Shown one piece after another: positions 54,756 to 64,000 of a DNA stretch of 64,000 nt (positions are counted from its first letter, which is position 1; the number at the start of each line of letters is the position of its first letter). The notes beneath the pieces are model-generated. The model saw only the letters and a list, made by a program, of their open reading frames with translations. It ran no database searches and had not been told where the DNA came from. This stretch comes from an uncultured Chroococcidiopsis sp. (lineage in GTDB: Bacteria > Cyanobacteriota > Cyanobacteriia > Cyanobacteriales > Chroococcidiopsidaceae), in NCBI GenBank assembly GCA_964248365.1, contig CAXTYC010000006.1, positions 32,001-96,000 of the forward strand, in the 5' to 3' direction. Position numbers and translations under genes: made by a program.

Positions 54756-55790
54756 CTACACTGCGTGAACGTAATTGGCAATTTTCCCCCCCAGCTCCCC
54801 CAGATCCACGCCAGTTTGCCCCTGCGGGGGTTCCCCCGCAGGCAACTGGCTCCCCAGCTCCCCCTGCTCTGTTATGTCCCCATCTCCCAACTTTGGTGGC
54901 AGAAATTCTCGCACTAGCTGCCAAAAATGCCCAATCGGAGGAATACTCAACCTATCTTGGGTAGTCACCATTACAACCTGGCGAGTTAAGTTAGAACCTT
55001 CACTAGCTAGCTTGCGGACAGCAAGAGTCGGATCTTGACGTGCTTCCACCAACGCCGACTGAGGTAACAAAGCTATCAGTTCTCCCTGGCGTGCTATTCC
55101 TCGGAAAGCATCGAGGGTATTTACTTCTAAGACAGCTTGGAGTGTAGCTCCTAATCGGCTAAATCTCTCTTGTACCAAACGTTGCATTCCATAGCCATCT
55201 TTAAACACCACTTGGGGATAAAGGATCAGTTCAGACCAAGGGATTTGATCGTACTGTGCCAGTGGGTGATTTGCCCCAACCAAAACCTCTATTGGTTCAT
55301 CGTATAGCACTTCCACCACCATTTCTGGACCAGTGGTTAAAAAGCGATTGTGCATTACAACTGCTAAATCTACCAAGCCATCTTTGAGGACTTTCAAGGC
55401 GCGATCGCTTCCCAAAGCTGTTACGCGCAATTGTACATCGGGATAGTCACGACAAAATTTTTGCAGCACTGGTGGTAGGTAATGGGCGCAAATTGAGTGA
55501 ATTGCGGCAATGCAAAGCTCTGGTTGTTTCCCTGTCATTAAATCTGCTAATTCTTCTGTAACATTGCGCCACTCCTGGCAAATTTTGCGTACTCTGGGTA
55601 ACAAACGCTCACCTGCTAGGGTTAACTTAGCTTGTGCTGTGCGATGAAACAACTGCACTCCTAAATCTGCTTCGAGTCCTTGAATTTGTCTACTAATTGT
55701 CGATTGGGTGACACTACATTTTCGTGCTGCTTGTTGAAAGCTGCCCGTTTCTGCGATCGCCAAAAAAGCTTGCAACTGCTCTAGCCGCAT
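54756..55790 (-). CDS. ntcB: LysR-type regulator NtcB
   Basis: LysR HTH (FLAIAETGSFQQAA...TQSTISRQIQ), VVFKDGYGMQRLV, an NtcA promoter and nir cluster context. Confidence 0.9.
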   Translation of the reverse strand: MRLEQLQAFLAIAETGSFQQAARKCSVTQSTISRQIQGLEADLGVQLFHRTAQAKLTLAGERLLPRVRKICQEWRNVTEELADLMTGKQPELCIAAIHSICAHYLPPVLQKFCRDYPDVQLRVTALGSDRALKVLKDGLVDLAVVMHNRFLTTGPEMVVEVLYDEPIEVLVGANHPLAQYDQIPWSELILYPQVVFKDGYGMQRLVQERFSRLGATLQAVLEVNTLDAFRGIARQGELIALLPQSALVEARQDPTLAVRKLASEGSNLTRQVVMVTTQDRLSIPPIGHFWQLVREFLPPKLGDGDITEQGELGSQLPAGEPPQGQTGVDLGELGGKIANYVHAV

Positions 55791-55826
55791 TTTAAACTAG
55801 CCTGATGTACGTTAATGGCATAACCC

Positions 55827-55868
55827 AACTTAACGGATTTGTCGGATTCGTTTAGTAGAAGTTGATAC
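55827..55868 (-). promoter_or_regulatory. NtcA class II promoter of ntcB-cnaT
   Basis: On the minus strand: GTATCAACTTCTAC (55868-55855), 22 nt, TAAGTT (55832-55827). Confidence 0.85.
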
Positions 55869-56009
55869 AGCTAGCGGTTAACAGTTACCAGTTACCAGTT
55901 ACCAGTTAAAAGAAAAGGGTAAAGGCTAAAGGGTAAAGGGTAAGGGTAAAGGCGCTTAGGCGCTTAGGCTAGAGGAACCAGGGGAAAGAGGTATTGCGGT
56001 AAAGGGAAA

Positions 56010-57425
56010 TTATAATTTCTCCCCCTGCTCCCCCTGCTCCCCCTGCCCCCCCTGCTCTCTTCCTAGCCCCTCTACAGACCATTCTTGCAGGGCGATCGCT
56101 ACCCCTTCTTGCAACTGGGGTGCTAAGGTAATATCACTTGACATTTGCTCTAGTTTATGGTAAGCTTCTTGGGCATTTAACTGTTTCAGGGCGGCGATCG
56201 CGTGTAGTCTTACCCCTGCATCTGGATCTGCCAATAATTGAATTAATGGATCTATTGCTTGGAGATCGCCAAGCTGTCCTAATGACAGAGCGATCGCCTG
56301 TTTGATACTCGCGCTTTGCATCCGAGTATGATTTGAATGCAGCAATTCCATTAAACTCTGGGCGGCTTGTGGCTTGAAATTCGATTGTTCGATTCGCCCT
56401 AAAACTGTAACTATTTCCTGCCATACCGCTGGTGTTGCTTGCTGATGCAGGCAGGAGATTAGATATTCTAAGCTAGTTTGAGTCTCTATTCTAGCCAAAG
56501 CTCTGACAATTTCTATTTGCAGAGAAACAGGTGTATGAGGAGATTGTAGTACCTTAAATAAACCATCGGCAGCAGCGTCTGTACCAATTCGTCCCAAAGC
56601 GATCGCAGCTGCGTGACATACATCCAAGTTAAAATCATATAACCGAGGTAGCAGCCGATTAACTAAATCGAATTCTTCTCCTAAGTCAGGACGAAAACTC
56701 AAGCCAATCACTGCCTCACGTCTAACACTCGCCCCAATATCATTTAAGGCATTGAGCAAAACTGGCGCAACTGTTGAGTCATGAAAACTGCTTAAAGCTT
56801 CAATCGCGGCACATCTAACTTCTATTTGTGGATCTTGGACAACACCCAGCAAAGGTGCGATTGTTTCTGTTTGCCGAATGTAGGAGAGCGATCGCACTGC
56901 TAACAATCGTGTCGGATCTTGTGCTAATAGTTGGGTAAGAGATGCGATCGCATCTGCGCCAATTTCAGAAAGTGCCGCTGCTGCTATAGCTTTTTCTTCT
57001 TCACTGTCAGAAGTTTTGAGCAGTTCAACTAAAACAGCGATGACATCCGGCTGATTAAACTTGCCCAGAATGCGTATACTAAACCAGCGCAATTCCTCAT
57101 CTGCGTCTTCGTCTTCCAGAACTTCAATTAATCGAGCGATGACACTTTTTCCTAATTTAGGAAGCAGCTTGGCAATATCCCAGCGCTGATGAAAATCACC
57201 CCTTTCTAAAACATCCATTGCCCAAGAGAGCAACTTTGCTTGCTGGGGGTTTTTTAGAGCTGGGGAAGCTGGAAATAAGCAAACCTCTCGCCCCTCGCCC
57301 CTCACCTCTCGCCCCTCACCTTCCTCTACTAACTGCTGTAGGCATTGAAGCAGCAATGACCAATTGGCGGTAGAACGTGCGACTTGAGCTTGATCCCAAA
57401 GGTTAATTTGATGGTCTATGTTCAC
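56010..57425 (-). CDS. nirB: HEAT/PBS-lyase repeat protein NirB (nitrite reductase accessory factor)
   Basis: Repeated VR..A..ALG HEAT units and GDFHQRWDIAK; divergent from nirA and upstream of ntcB. Confidence 0.75.
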   Translation of the reverse strand: MNIDHQINLWDQAQVARSTANWSLLLQCLQQLVEEGEGREVRGEGREVCLFPASPALKNPQQAKLLSWAMDVLERGDFHQRWDIAKLLPKLGKSVIARLIEVLEDEDADEELRWFSIRILGKFNQPDVIAVLVELLKTSDSEEEKAIAAAALSEIGADAIASLTQLLAQDPTRLLAVRSLSYIRQTETIAPLLGVVQDPQIEVRCAAIEALSSFHDSTVAPVLLNALNDIGASVRREAVIGLSFRPDLGEEFDLVNRLLPRLYDFNLDVCHAAAIALGRIGTDAAADGLFKVLQSPHTPVSLQIEIVRALARIETQTSLEYLISCLHQQATPAVWQEIVTVLGRIEQSNFKPQAAQSLMELLHSNHTRMQSASIKQAIALSLGQLGDLQAIDPLIQLLADPDAGVRLHAIAALKQLNAQEAYHKLEQMSSDITLAPQLQEGVAIALQEWSVEGLGREQGGQGEQGEQGEKL

Positions 57426-57595
57426 AGTTGCTGTTTTTCAACACGAAGGGCTTAATTGAACAAGGACTGAGCTACTTTCAATTTTGACTGCTTAGGCGCG
57501 TTTGTGTAGCTAAATTGCTAATTACCTGCCCAGCTTACGCTACCACACAAAGTTGCAACAACCGCCCCCTAATCAATTCACAGGCTTATAGCTTA

Positions 57596-57676
57596 AGTCG
57601 GATAAATCCGACTGCAATTGATTTTTAGTCTACTTCAGTAGACTTGAGTTGTGAGCCTTGAACAGGTGTTCAAGGC
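57596..57676. repeat. Cluster of three REP-like perfect hairpins
   Basis: AGTCGGAT-aa-ATCCGACT, AGTCTACT-tc-AGTAGACT and GCCTTGAACA-gg-TGTTCAAGGC; a similar two-hairpin unit lies at 60147-60196. Confidence 0.75.
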
Positions 57677-57842
57677 GGGTTTGACTACCAATTGAGAATG
57701 CTGCAAGATTTGAGTTAACATTACTTCAACAATTTTTAAAAAACTTCAAAATTTTTAGTCCTTAGAGGTGGTTCGTTACAACCCTTTTGCCTTTAATTTG
57801 AGCTACTTGGAGGATTTCATATCTATCTTGTGGTTGGAACTG

Positions 57843-57936
57843 ATGCAAATAACGCATTTAACTGATGCATTTTATTCATAAACAGCAACAAATTGTTACC
57901 TAAGTTACGAATTTAGTTACAAAATCCACTTAACTT
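57843..57936 (+). promoter_or_regulatory. Distal nirA promoter: two AT-N11-AT (NtcB-type) sites, near-consensus NtcA box and -10 element
   Basis: ATGCAAATAACGCAT (57843-57857), ATGCATTTTATTCAT (57865-57879), GTTACCTAAGTTAC (57895-57908), 22 nt, TAACTT (57931-57936). Confidence 0.78.
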
Positions 57937-58265
57937 TAAATCTCAGCAAGCTAAAAAACCAACGCTGCAAGTTGGACTACATAAAGTTTGCTTGCGGCTT
58001 GGGTGTCCTACCCATTTTCTAATCTGTAGGACAACCAACATACCTAAACCAGAACAGTTGTGAAGGGAAAAGGGAAATCAGTTACCAGTTACCAGTTTTG
58101 GGAATCGAGACTTGGGAAATTAAATATTGGGCTATTCCACTGTCTGACTTCATACTTCTAACTTCATACTTCTAACTTCATACTTTCTAGCAATCGCCCT
58201 TAACCTCTAATGACAAATGACGAATGACAACTCAGAGCAATGAAGTAATTTTTGATAATGGCTCA

Positions 58266-58307
58266 GTAACACAGGATACGGCTTAAATTTTTCAAAACGA
58301 TTAGGTT
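58266..58307 (+). promoter_or_regulatory. Proximal nirA NtcA class II promoter
   Basis: GTAACACAGGATAC (58266-58279), 22 nt, TAGGTT (58302-58307). Confidence 0.75.
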
Positions 58308-58406
58308 GACAAAAAATAGCGTTTAAAAAAATAGCTCAATTTTGGTTGAGCAAATAAATCTGATTGCAGCGGCACAAAACAAGCAGGTAAAAAGGGTAGA
58401 GCCAAT

Positions 58407-59975
58407 ATGACAGAAGCAGCAACCCCCAAGGCAACTCTGAATAAATTTGAAAAATTCAAGGCAGAAAAAGATGGTCTTGCCGTAAAAGCCCAGTTAGAGG
58501 AGTATGCCTCTATTGGTTGGGAAGCGATGGACGAAACTGACCGTGAGCATAGACTCAAGTGGTTGGGTGTGTTCTTTCGCCCAGTCACTCCAGGTAAGTT
58601 CATGATGCGGATGCGGATACCAAATGGTATTTTAACCAGCCATCAGATGCGGGTACTGGGTGAAGTAGTGCAACGTTATGGTGATGACGGCAACGCAGAC
58701 ATTACTACTCGTCAGAATATTCAGTTACGAGGAGTCCGCATTGAGGACTTGCCAGATATATTCGGGCGGTTTAGAGCAGTGGGGTTGACTAGCGTCCAGT
58801 CTGGGATGGACAACGTACGTAACATCACAGGTGATGCTGTAGCGGGAATTGATGGGGATGAGTTGTTCGATACCAGGGAATTGGTGAATCAGATACAGGA
58901 CATGATTACCAACAAGGGCGAAGGTAATCCAGAATTTACTAACTTACCTCGGAAATTTAATATTGCCATTACTGGTGGTCGTGATAACTCTGTCCATGCT
59001 GAAATTAACGACCTAGCCTTTATTCCTGCTTATAAGACTGAGGCTGGGGGAGAAAGGCAGTTTGGGTTTAATATTTTGGTGGGTGGTTTCTTTTCTCCCA
59101 AGCGAAGTGAGGCAGCTATTCCCCTAAATGCATGGGTAGCTCCCTCAGATGTAGTAGCAGTATGTAGAGCAGTTTTAGAAATCTTTCGGGATAGTGGATT
59201 ACGGGCAAATCGGCAAAAAGCCCGCTTGATGTGGCTAATCGATGAATGGGGTTTAGAAAAATTCCGTTTGGAAGTTGAGAAGTATCTAGGTAAGTCTCTG
59301 CCTCTAGCAGCAGAAAAAGACGAGATTGATTGGGAAAAACGCGACCACATTGGTGTTTATTCCCAAAAGCAACCAGGATTGAACTATGTAGGGTTGCACG
59401 TTCCCATCGGTCGCCTGTATGCCCAAGATATGTTTGAAATTGCTCGGATAGCAGAAGTTTACGGTCAGGGCGAAATCCGGCTGACACTAGAACAAAACAT
59501 TATTATCCCTCACGTTCCTGACTCGCGGCTGGAAGCTTTCTTAGCTGAACCGATCTTACAGAGATTTTCCATTAGTCCTGACATACTAACACGGGGGCTG
59601 GTTTCTTGTACTGGCGCTCAGTTCTGCAACTTTGCCTTGATAGAAACCAAAAACCGCGCCTTGGGAATGATTAAAGCATTGGAAGCAGAGCTAATTCTGA
59701 CGCAACCAGTGCGAATTCATTGGACAGGTTGCCCTAATTCTTGTGGACAACCGCAAGTGGCTGATATTGGACTGATGGGAACTAAAGCCCGCAAGAATGG
59801 CAAAGCGGTAGATGGCGTTGATATCTTCATGGGCGGTAAGGTGGGCAAAGATGCTCATTTGGGAACTTGTGTGATCAAAGGTATTCCCTGTGAAGACTTA
59901 CAACCAGTGTTGCAAAATTTGCTGATTGAGAATTTCGGAGCAAAACCTAGGCATGAAGCCTTGGTAACAATGTGA
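58407..59975 (+). CDS. nirA: Ferredoxin-nitrite reductase
   Basis: Motifs LNKFEK.K, DITTRQNIQLR, SGMDNVRN and NLPRKFN; siroheme/4Fe-4S cysteines CTGAQFC and GCPNSCG. Confidence 0.97.
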   Translation: MTEAATPKATLNKFEKFKAEKDGLAVKAQLEEYASIGWEAMDETDREHRLKWLGVFFRPVTPGKFMMRMRIPNGILTSHQMRVLGEVVQRYGDDGNADITTRQNIQLRGVRIEDLPDIFGRFRAVGLTSVQSGMDNVRNITGDAVAGIDGDELFDTRELVNQIQDMITNKGEGNPEFTNLPRKFNIAITGGRDNSVHAEINDLAFIPAYKTEAGGERQFGFNILVGGFFSPKRSEAAIPLNAWVAPSDVVAVCRAVLEIFRDSGLRANRQKARLMWLIDEWGLEKFRLEVEKYLGKSLPLAAEKDEIDWEKRDHIGVYSQKQPGLNYVGLHVPIGRLYAQDMFEIARIAEVYGQGEIRLTLEQNIIIPHVPDSRLEAFLAEPILQRFSISPDILTRGLVSCTGAQFCNFALIETKNRALGMIKALEAELILTQPVRIHWTGCPNSCGQPQVADIGLMGTKARKNGKAVDGVDIFMGGKVGKDAHLGTCVIKGIPCEDLQPVLQNLLIENFGAKPRHEALVTM

Positions 59976-60026
59976 AGCCAGTGGGTAGCGACAAGGGTAT
60001 AGAGCAATTTGTGCATTCAGGAGTTT

Positions 60027-60070
60027 GCCACCCATGCCCACCATTAAAAGATTTGGTGGGCATGGGTGGC
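60027..60070. repeat. Dispersed palindromic repeat (same family as 6169-6222)
   Basis: GCCACCCATGCCCACCA and TGGTGGGCATGGGTGGC form a 17-bp perfect inverted repeat. Confidence 0.85.
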
Positions 60071-60441
60071 GTACTAGAAATTTCATAAATCACATAGGAA
60101 TGCTATATCTACTCACTGCTATATTTAAAACTCTTGATTTTTTATTAGTCCGCCTGTGCGGACTTCTTTTGTGTAGGGGCGAATACAATTCGCCCTTATC
60201 TTTTCAGACATCCTAATAGGTGCGAGAGTCAATTGAGCGCTTGCTGACGATTGCAGGTAAACTCTTTTATTGTTTATTCCTCCCCTACTCCTAACTTATA
60301 ACTGCTATGACTATACCTAGCAGGGAAAATTTTTACATATTTACTGTAACATAAATAACAGATTGATTTATTATTATTTGCTCCCCGACTTGATCTGAAA
60401 AATCATTGAATTTTTAGGCATCTATCTTTAGATCAGCAACA

Positions 60442-60507
60442 TATCAAAAAGCGCATCAATTTGATGCGCTTTTTTCATAACAGTTAACATTTTGTAACTA
60501 AAGATAC
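60442..60507 (+). promoter_or_regulatory. nrtP promoter module: NtcB-type sites plus perfect NtcA box
   Basis: ATGCGCTTTTTTCAT (60464-60478), 15 nt, GTAACTAAAGATAC (60494-60507); spacing is identical to the distal nirA promoter. The -10 at 22 nt is non-canonical (CAAGCT). Confidence 0.75.
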
Positions 60508-60834
60508 GAAATTTATTAGCTAGGTAATTCAAGCTTAGATATTAACAAGGGTTGAAACATTGCAGGAAAACTAAGCAGACTACACCATTATTTTTAGTGC
60601 CAGGAGTGCGAATTGCTAAGATACCAAGTTCTAGCAGCCCCAAGATTGAAAAAAAGTTGTCTAGCTGACCATAAAAAGTTTTTCTGCCACTGAGAAAACA
60701 TTTCACAAATTCGACTGACTGTACAATTCCATAAACGCAAAATGCTCGGTGTAATCCGAAATTAAGGCAATTAATTAGTTGCCGCAGATTTATTGAAAAT
60801 CAATTCTGCTCTTTTTGACTTAGGAAGTTTTTTC

Positions 60835-62337
60835 ATGCTCAAAGGTTTACTCTCCTTTCAAGGACGCTATCGCATCCTACATCTAACTTGGTTTGCCTTC
60901 TTTCTGACATTTGTTTGTTGGTTTAACTTTGCTCCGTTTGGCACAACAATTGAAAAACAATTAGGTCTGCATGATGCACAAATCAAAACTCTCTTGATTT
61001 GTAATCTAGCCCTGACAATTCCAGCTCGAATCATTATTGGAATGCTGCTGGATAAATTTGGTCCTAGACTTACCTACTCAGGGCTACTAATTTTTGCTGC
61101 CGTTCCTTGCTTGGCGACAGCAATGTCTCAAAACTTTAACCAGTTAGTCTGGAGTCGCCTGCTGATGGGGATTGTGGGATCTGGGTTTGTTGTAGGCACT
61201 CGCATGGTGGCTGAATGGTTCCCGCCAAAGGATATTGGTAGGGCGCAAGGGATATATGGCGGTTGGGGTAACTTTGGGGCTTTTGGAGCAGAATTTGCCT
61301 TGCCAACAATTGCAGTTGCTACAGCATTCTTAGGTGGGGGAGGATCTAACTGGCGCTTTGCGATCGCCCTAACTGGCGTTATTACTGCTGTTTACGGCGT
61401 GATTTATTACAACAGCGTTCAAGATACGCCCACTGGGAAAGTCTACAAGCGCCCCAAGAAAAGCGGTGCGATGGAAGTCACCAGCCTCAAAAGCTTCTAT
61501 GCAATGCTGCTGTCGAATTTTGGCTTGATTTTCGCCCTTGGTTTATTGGCTTGGCGCTTAGCACAACCGAAGATTCACTTTTTCAACACTAGCCAAATGT
61601 ATCTTGTGTGGGGGCTATTAGTAGCACTGTATGCTTTCCAAACTTACCAAGCTTGGCGAGTAAACAAGGAACTTTTGAGTGGACAAAAAACCTATGCTCC
61701 CTCTGAACGCTATCGGTTTAGTCAAGTAGCTTTGCTCGAATTGAGTTATGCTACCAGCTTTGGCTCTGAACTTGCTGCCGTTTCTATGTTACCCGCTTTC
61801 TTTGAAAAAACTTTTGGTTTAGAACACGTTGTAGCAGGAATGATTGCCGCATCTTATCCGTTCTTAAACTTGGTTTCTCGTCCCAGTGGTGGCATAATTT
61901 CTGATAAATTCGGCTCGCGTAAATGGACATTGACGATCATCTCTGTTGGGATCGGTGTTAGCTATTTGCTAGCGCACAGCATTAACTCTGGTTGGTTTCT
62001 ACCCTTGGCGATCGCACTCACCATGATTTCTGCATACTTCGCTCAAGCTGGATGCGGTGCTACCTACGGAATTGTTCCTTTGATCAAGAAAGAAACCACC
62101 GGACAAATTTCCGGCAATGTCGGTGCTTATGGCAACTTTGGCGGCGTAATTTATCTAACAGTTTTCAGCTTAACCGATGCTCCAACATTATTTGCCACAA
62201 TGGGAATTGGCGCTCTAGTTTGTGCTAGCTTGTGCGCTTTCTTCTTGAAAGAACCGAAAGGCTCATTTGCTGAAGATTACGAAATTGCTGGCGCAGAACC
62301 AGTATTACCAGGAAGATCAGTTTTAGCGGAGGACTAA
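60835..62337 (+). CDS. nrtP: MFS nitrate/nitrite permease NrtP (NarK/NRT2 family)
   Basis: Motifs LHLTWFAFFLTFVCWFNFAP, GIYGGWGNFG, SRPSGGIISD and GNVGAYGNFG; located between nirA and narB. Confidence 0.92.
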   Translation: MLKGLLSFQGRYRILHLTWFAFFLTFVCWFNFAPFGTTIEKQLGLHDAQIKTLLICNLALTIPARIIIGMLLDKFGPRLTYSGLLIFAAVPCLATAMSQNFNQLVWSRLLMGIVGSGFVVGTRMVAEWFPPKDIGRAQGIYGGWGNFGAFGAEFALPTIAVATAFLGGGGSNWRFAIALTGVITAVYGVIYYNSVQDTPTGKVYKRPKKSGAMEVTSLKSFYAMLLSNFGLIFALGLLAWRLAQPKIHFFNTSQMYLVWGLLVALYAFQTYQAWRVNKELLSGQKTYAPSERYRFSQVALLELSYATSFGSELAAVSMLPAFFEKTFGLEHVVAGMIAASYPFLNLVSRPSGGIISDKFGSRKWTLTIISVGIGVSYLLAHSINSGWFLPLAIALTMISAYFAQAGCGATYGIVPLIKKETTGQISGNVGAYGNFGGVIYLTVFSLTDAPTLFATMGIGALVCASLCAFFLKEPKGSFAEDYEIAGAEPVLPGRSVLAED

Positions 62338-62652
62338 AGGTAAAAATACTGGTTCTACCAACTGCTAAAAATTTAACTGCCGTCAGCACTTCACTTGACA
62401 AACAGTTAAACCTAATACAGAATGGCGCAGAAAAATTCTATATATTATGCGTCATTCTGCCCTCAAACAGCTTCCCATTAGATTTTACCCTAGTCATGAA
62501 AAGAATATTTTTCCTCTAGCTTTTTGATATATGGTTCTACTTATGTCATGAAAAGAAGATTTTTCGGCAAAAAGCTTATATAAAAAATAATTATTCCTGA
62601 TATATTAGAATTACTAAAAAATCTAAAAATTCTAAAATGTTGCTAGAAATTT

Positions 62653-62755
62653 TGTAGCAGAAAACACAAAATTAATTTAGGATTTAATATACAAATAAGA
62701 AAGCTCTGCAAATAACAAAATTAACGGTTAAGACTGTAGCAGAAAACATAAAATT
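62653..62755 (+). promoter_or_regulatory. Duplicated near-consensus NtcA-like boxes upstream of narB
   Basis: TGTAGCAGAAAACACAAAATT (62653-62673) and TGTAGCAGAAAACATAAAATT (62735-62755). Confidence 0.5.
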
Positions 62756-62824
62756 CTGCATTTATTAGGCTTCACTCCCTGGAAATAAACACTCAAACTA
62801 TTGGGAAACAGGTGCAAAACTGTC

Positions 62825-64000
62825 ATGACTGACTCTACCAAAACCCTCTGTCCTTACTGTGGTGTTGGCTGTGGCTTAGAAGTTTCACCTCCCGCCGCAC
62901 TGGGTAAAGCAACCAATCGAGACAGTCAAGGTACTCCGATCTGGAAAGTGAAGGGAGACAAAACCCATCCATCCAGTCAGGGTATGGTATGTGTGAAAGG
63001 TGCGACGGTTTCAGAGTCGTTAGCCAAAAGCAGACTGCGTTACCCAATGGTGCGAGACTCGTTGGATCAGTCATTTCGCCGCGTTAGTTGGGATGAAGCA
63101 TTAGAAAGAGTCGCCAATCGGATTCAAGCTGTTCGCACAAGCCAGGGAGCGGATGCCATCTGTATGTATGGCTCTGGTCAGTTTCAGACAGAAGATTACT
63201 ACACAGCACAGAAACTGATGAAAGGGTGTATAGGCACAAATAATTTCGATGCCAACTCTCGCTTGTGTATGTCTTCTGCTGTAGCTGGCTACATCCAAAG
63301 CTTTGGTTCTGATGGTCCACCCTGCTGCTATGAAGACTTAGATCTAACTGATTGTGCCTTTCTAATTGGTACTAATACAGCCGAATGTCATCCAATCGTA
63401 TTTAACCGACTGCACAAGCACTGCAAGCAAGACCGCAACGCCAAAATGATTGTGGTTGATCCCCGACGGACACCGACCGCAGAAGCAGCCGATCTGCACC
63501 TAGCCATTCGTCCTGGTACAGATATTGACTTGCTCAACGGCATTGCACACTTGCTGATGCGTTGGGGCTACCTTGATACCGTATTCATCGAAGATTGCAC
63601 CGCTAACTTTTCTGCCTTTGCAGAAGTAATTGGACACTATACCCCAGAAGTAGTTGCCCGCAAGTGCAACATTCGGATCGACCATCTGGAAACAGCCGCC
63701 CGATACTGGGGAGAATCGAAGCGAGTGCTGTCTTTATGGTCGATGGGGGTGAATCAGTCATCCGAAGGCACGGCGAAAGTGCGAAGTATTATCAACTTGC
63801 ACTTAATGACCGGACAGATTGGTAAACCTGGGGCGGGTCCTTTTTCGCTTACGGGACAGCCGAACGCTATGGGAGGACGGGAAGCGGGAGGATTGGCGCA
63901 TCTACTTCCTGGCTATCGCAGTGTTAAGAACCCTCAACACCGAGCTGAAGTTGAGCAGTTTTGGAATTTACCGCCTGGGAAAATTTCGCCTCATGTGGGT
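62825..64000 (+). CDS. narB: Ferredoxin-dependent assimilatory nitrate reductase, 3' end outside window (absent from ORF track)
   Basis: ATG at 62825 gives [17 protein letters not shown]...GMVCVKG (4Fe-4S), [32 protein letters not shown] and [13 protein letters not shown]. Confidence 0.95.
   Translation, partial: MTDSTKTLCPYCGVGCGLEVSPPAALGKATNRDSQGTPIWKVKGDKTHPSSQGMVCVKGATVSESLAKSRLRYPMVRDSLDQSFRRVSWDEALERVANRIQAVRTSQGADAICMYGSGQFQTEDYYTAQKLMKGCIGTNNFDANSRLCMSSAVAGYIQSFGSDGPPCCYEDLDLTDCAFLIGTNTAECHPIVFNRLHKHCKQDRNAKMIVVDPRRTPTAEAADLHLAIRPGTDIDLLNGIAHLLMRWGYLDTVFIEDCTANFSAFAEVIGHYTPEVVARKCNIRIDHLETAARYWGESKRVLSLWSMGVNQSSEGTAKVRSIINLHLMTGQIGKPGAGPFSLTGQPNAMGGREAGGLAHLLPGYRSVKNPQHRAEVEQFWNLPPGKISPHVG

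Noticed and set aside
62835..63685. Short minus-strand ORFs at the right end, and similar shadow ORFs inside clpB, sppA, nirA and the TPR gene
   Set aside because: They are antisense or off-frame shadows of well-supported genes; here the real gene is narB on the plus strand.

Overview
Cyanobacterial chromosome window. It has frequent HIP1 octamers (GCGATCGC), NtcA boxes and 7-9 nt intergenic tandem repeats of the kind seen in Chroococcidiopsis/Nostocales-type genomes (lineage is inference). Left to right it contains: (1) a glnT/gmaS-glxBCD (mgsABC-like) N-methylglutamate-pathway cluster, 5'-truncated by the window; (2) housekeeping genes (sugar O-acetyltransferase, mazG, an ABC-2 exporter split by a small antisense gene pair and its decayed duplicate, aldo-keto reductase, ribBA, argC, eno, gloA, clpB); (3) a ~21 kb AT-rich, HIP1-poor Wzx/Wzy exopolysaccharide locus with two secreted GH16 paralogs, a GT-C transferase, a TylF-like methyltransferase, a WecB/TagA enzyme and an acyltransferase-3; (4) sppA, fni, a TPR protein, an aspA/fumC-family lyase, an internally deleted DUF362 gene, an NtcA-driven small RNA not shown in the ORF track that I identify as NsiR4, ppa, panD, a decayed gene and carboxysomal ccaA; (5) a nitrate assimilation cluster cnaT-ntcB-nirB <> nirA-nrtP-narB (narB 3'-truncated) in which ntcB, nirA, nrtP and probably narB each carry their own NtcA box, with homologous NtcB/NtcA promoter modules before nirA and nrtP. 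I saw no CRISPR array, rRNA, tRNA or intact transposase. All family assignments come from motif recognition by eye; no database searches were run.
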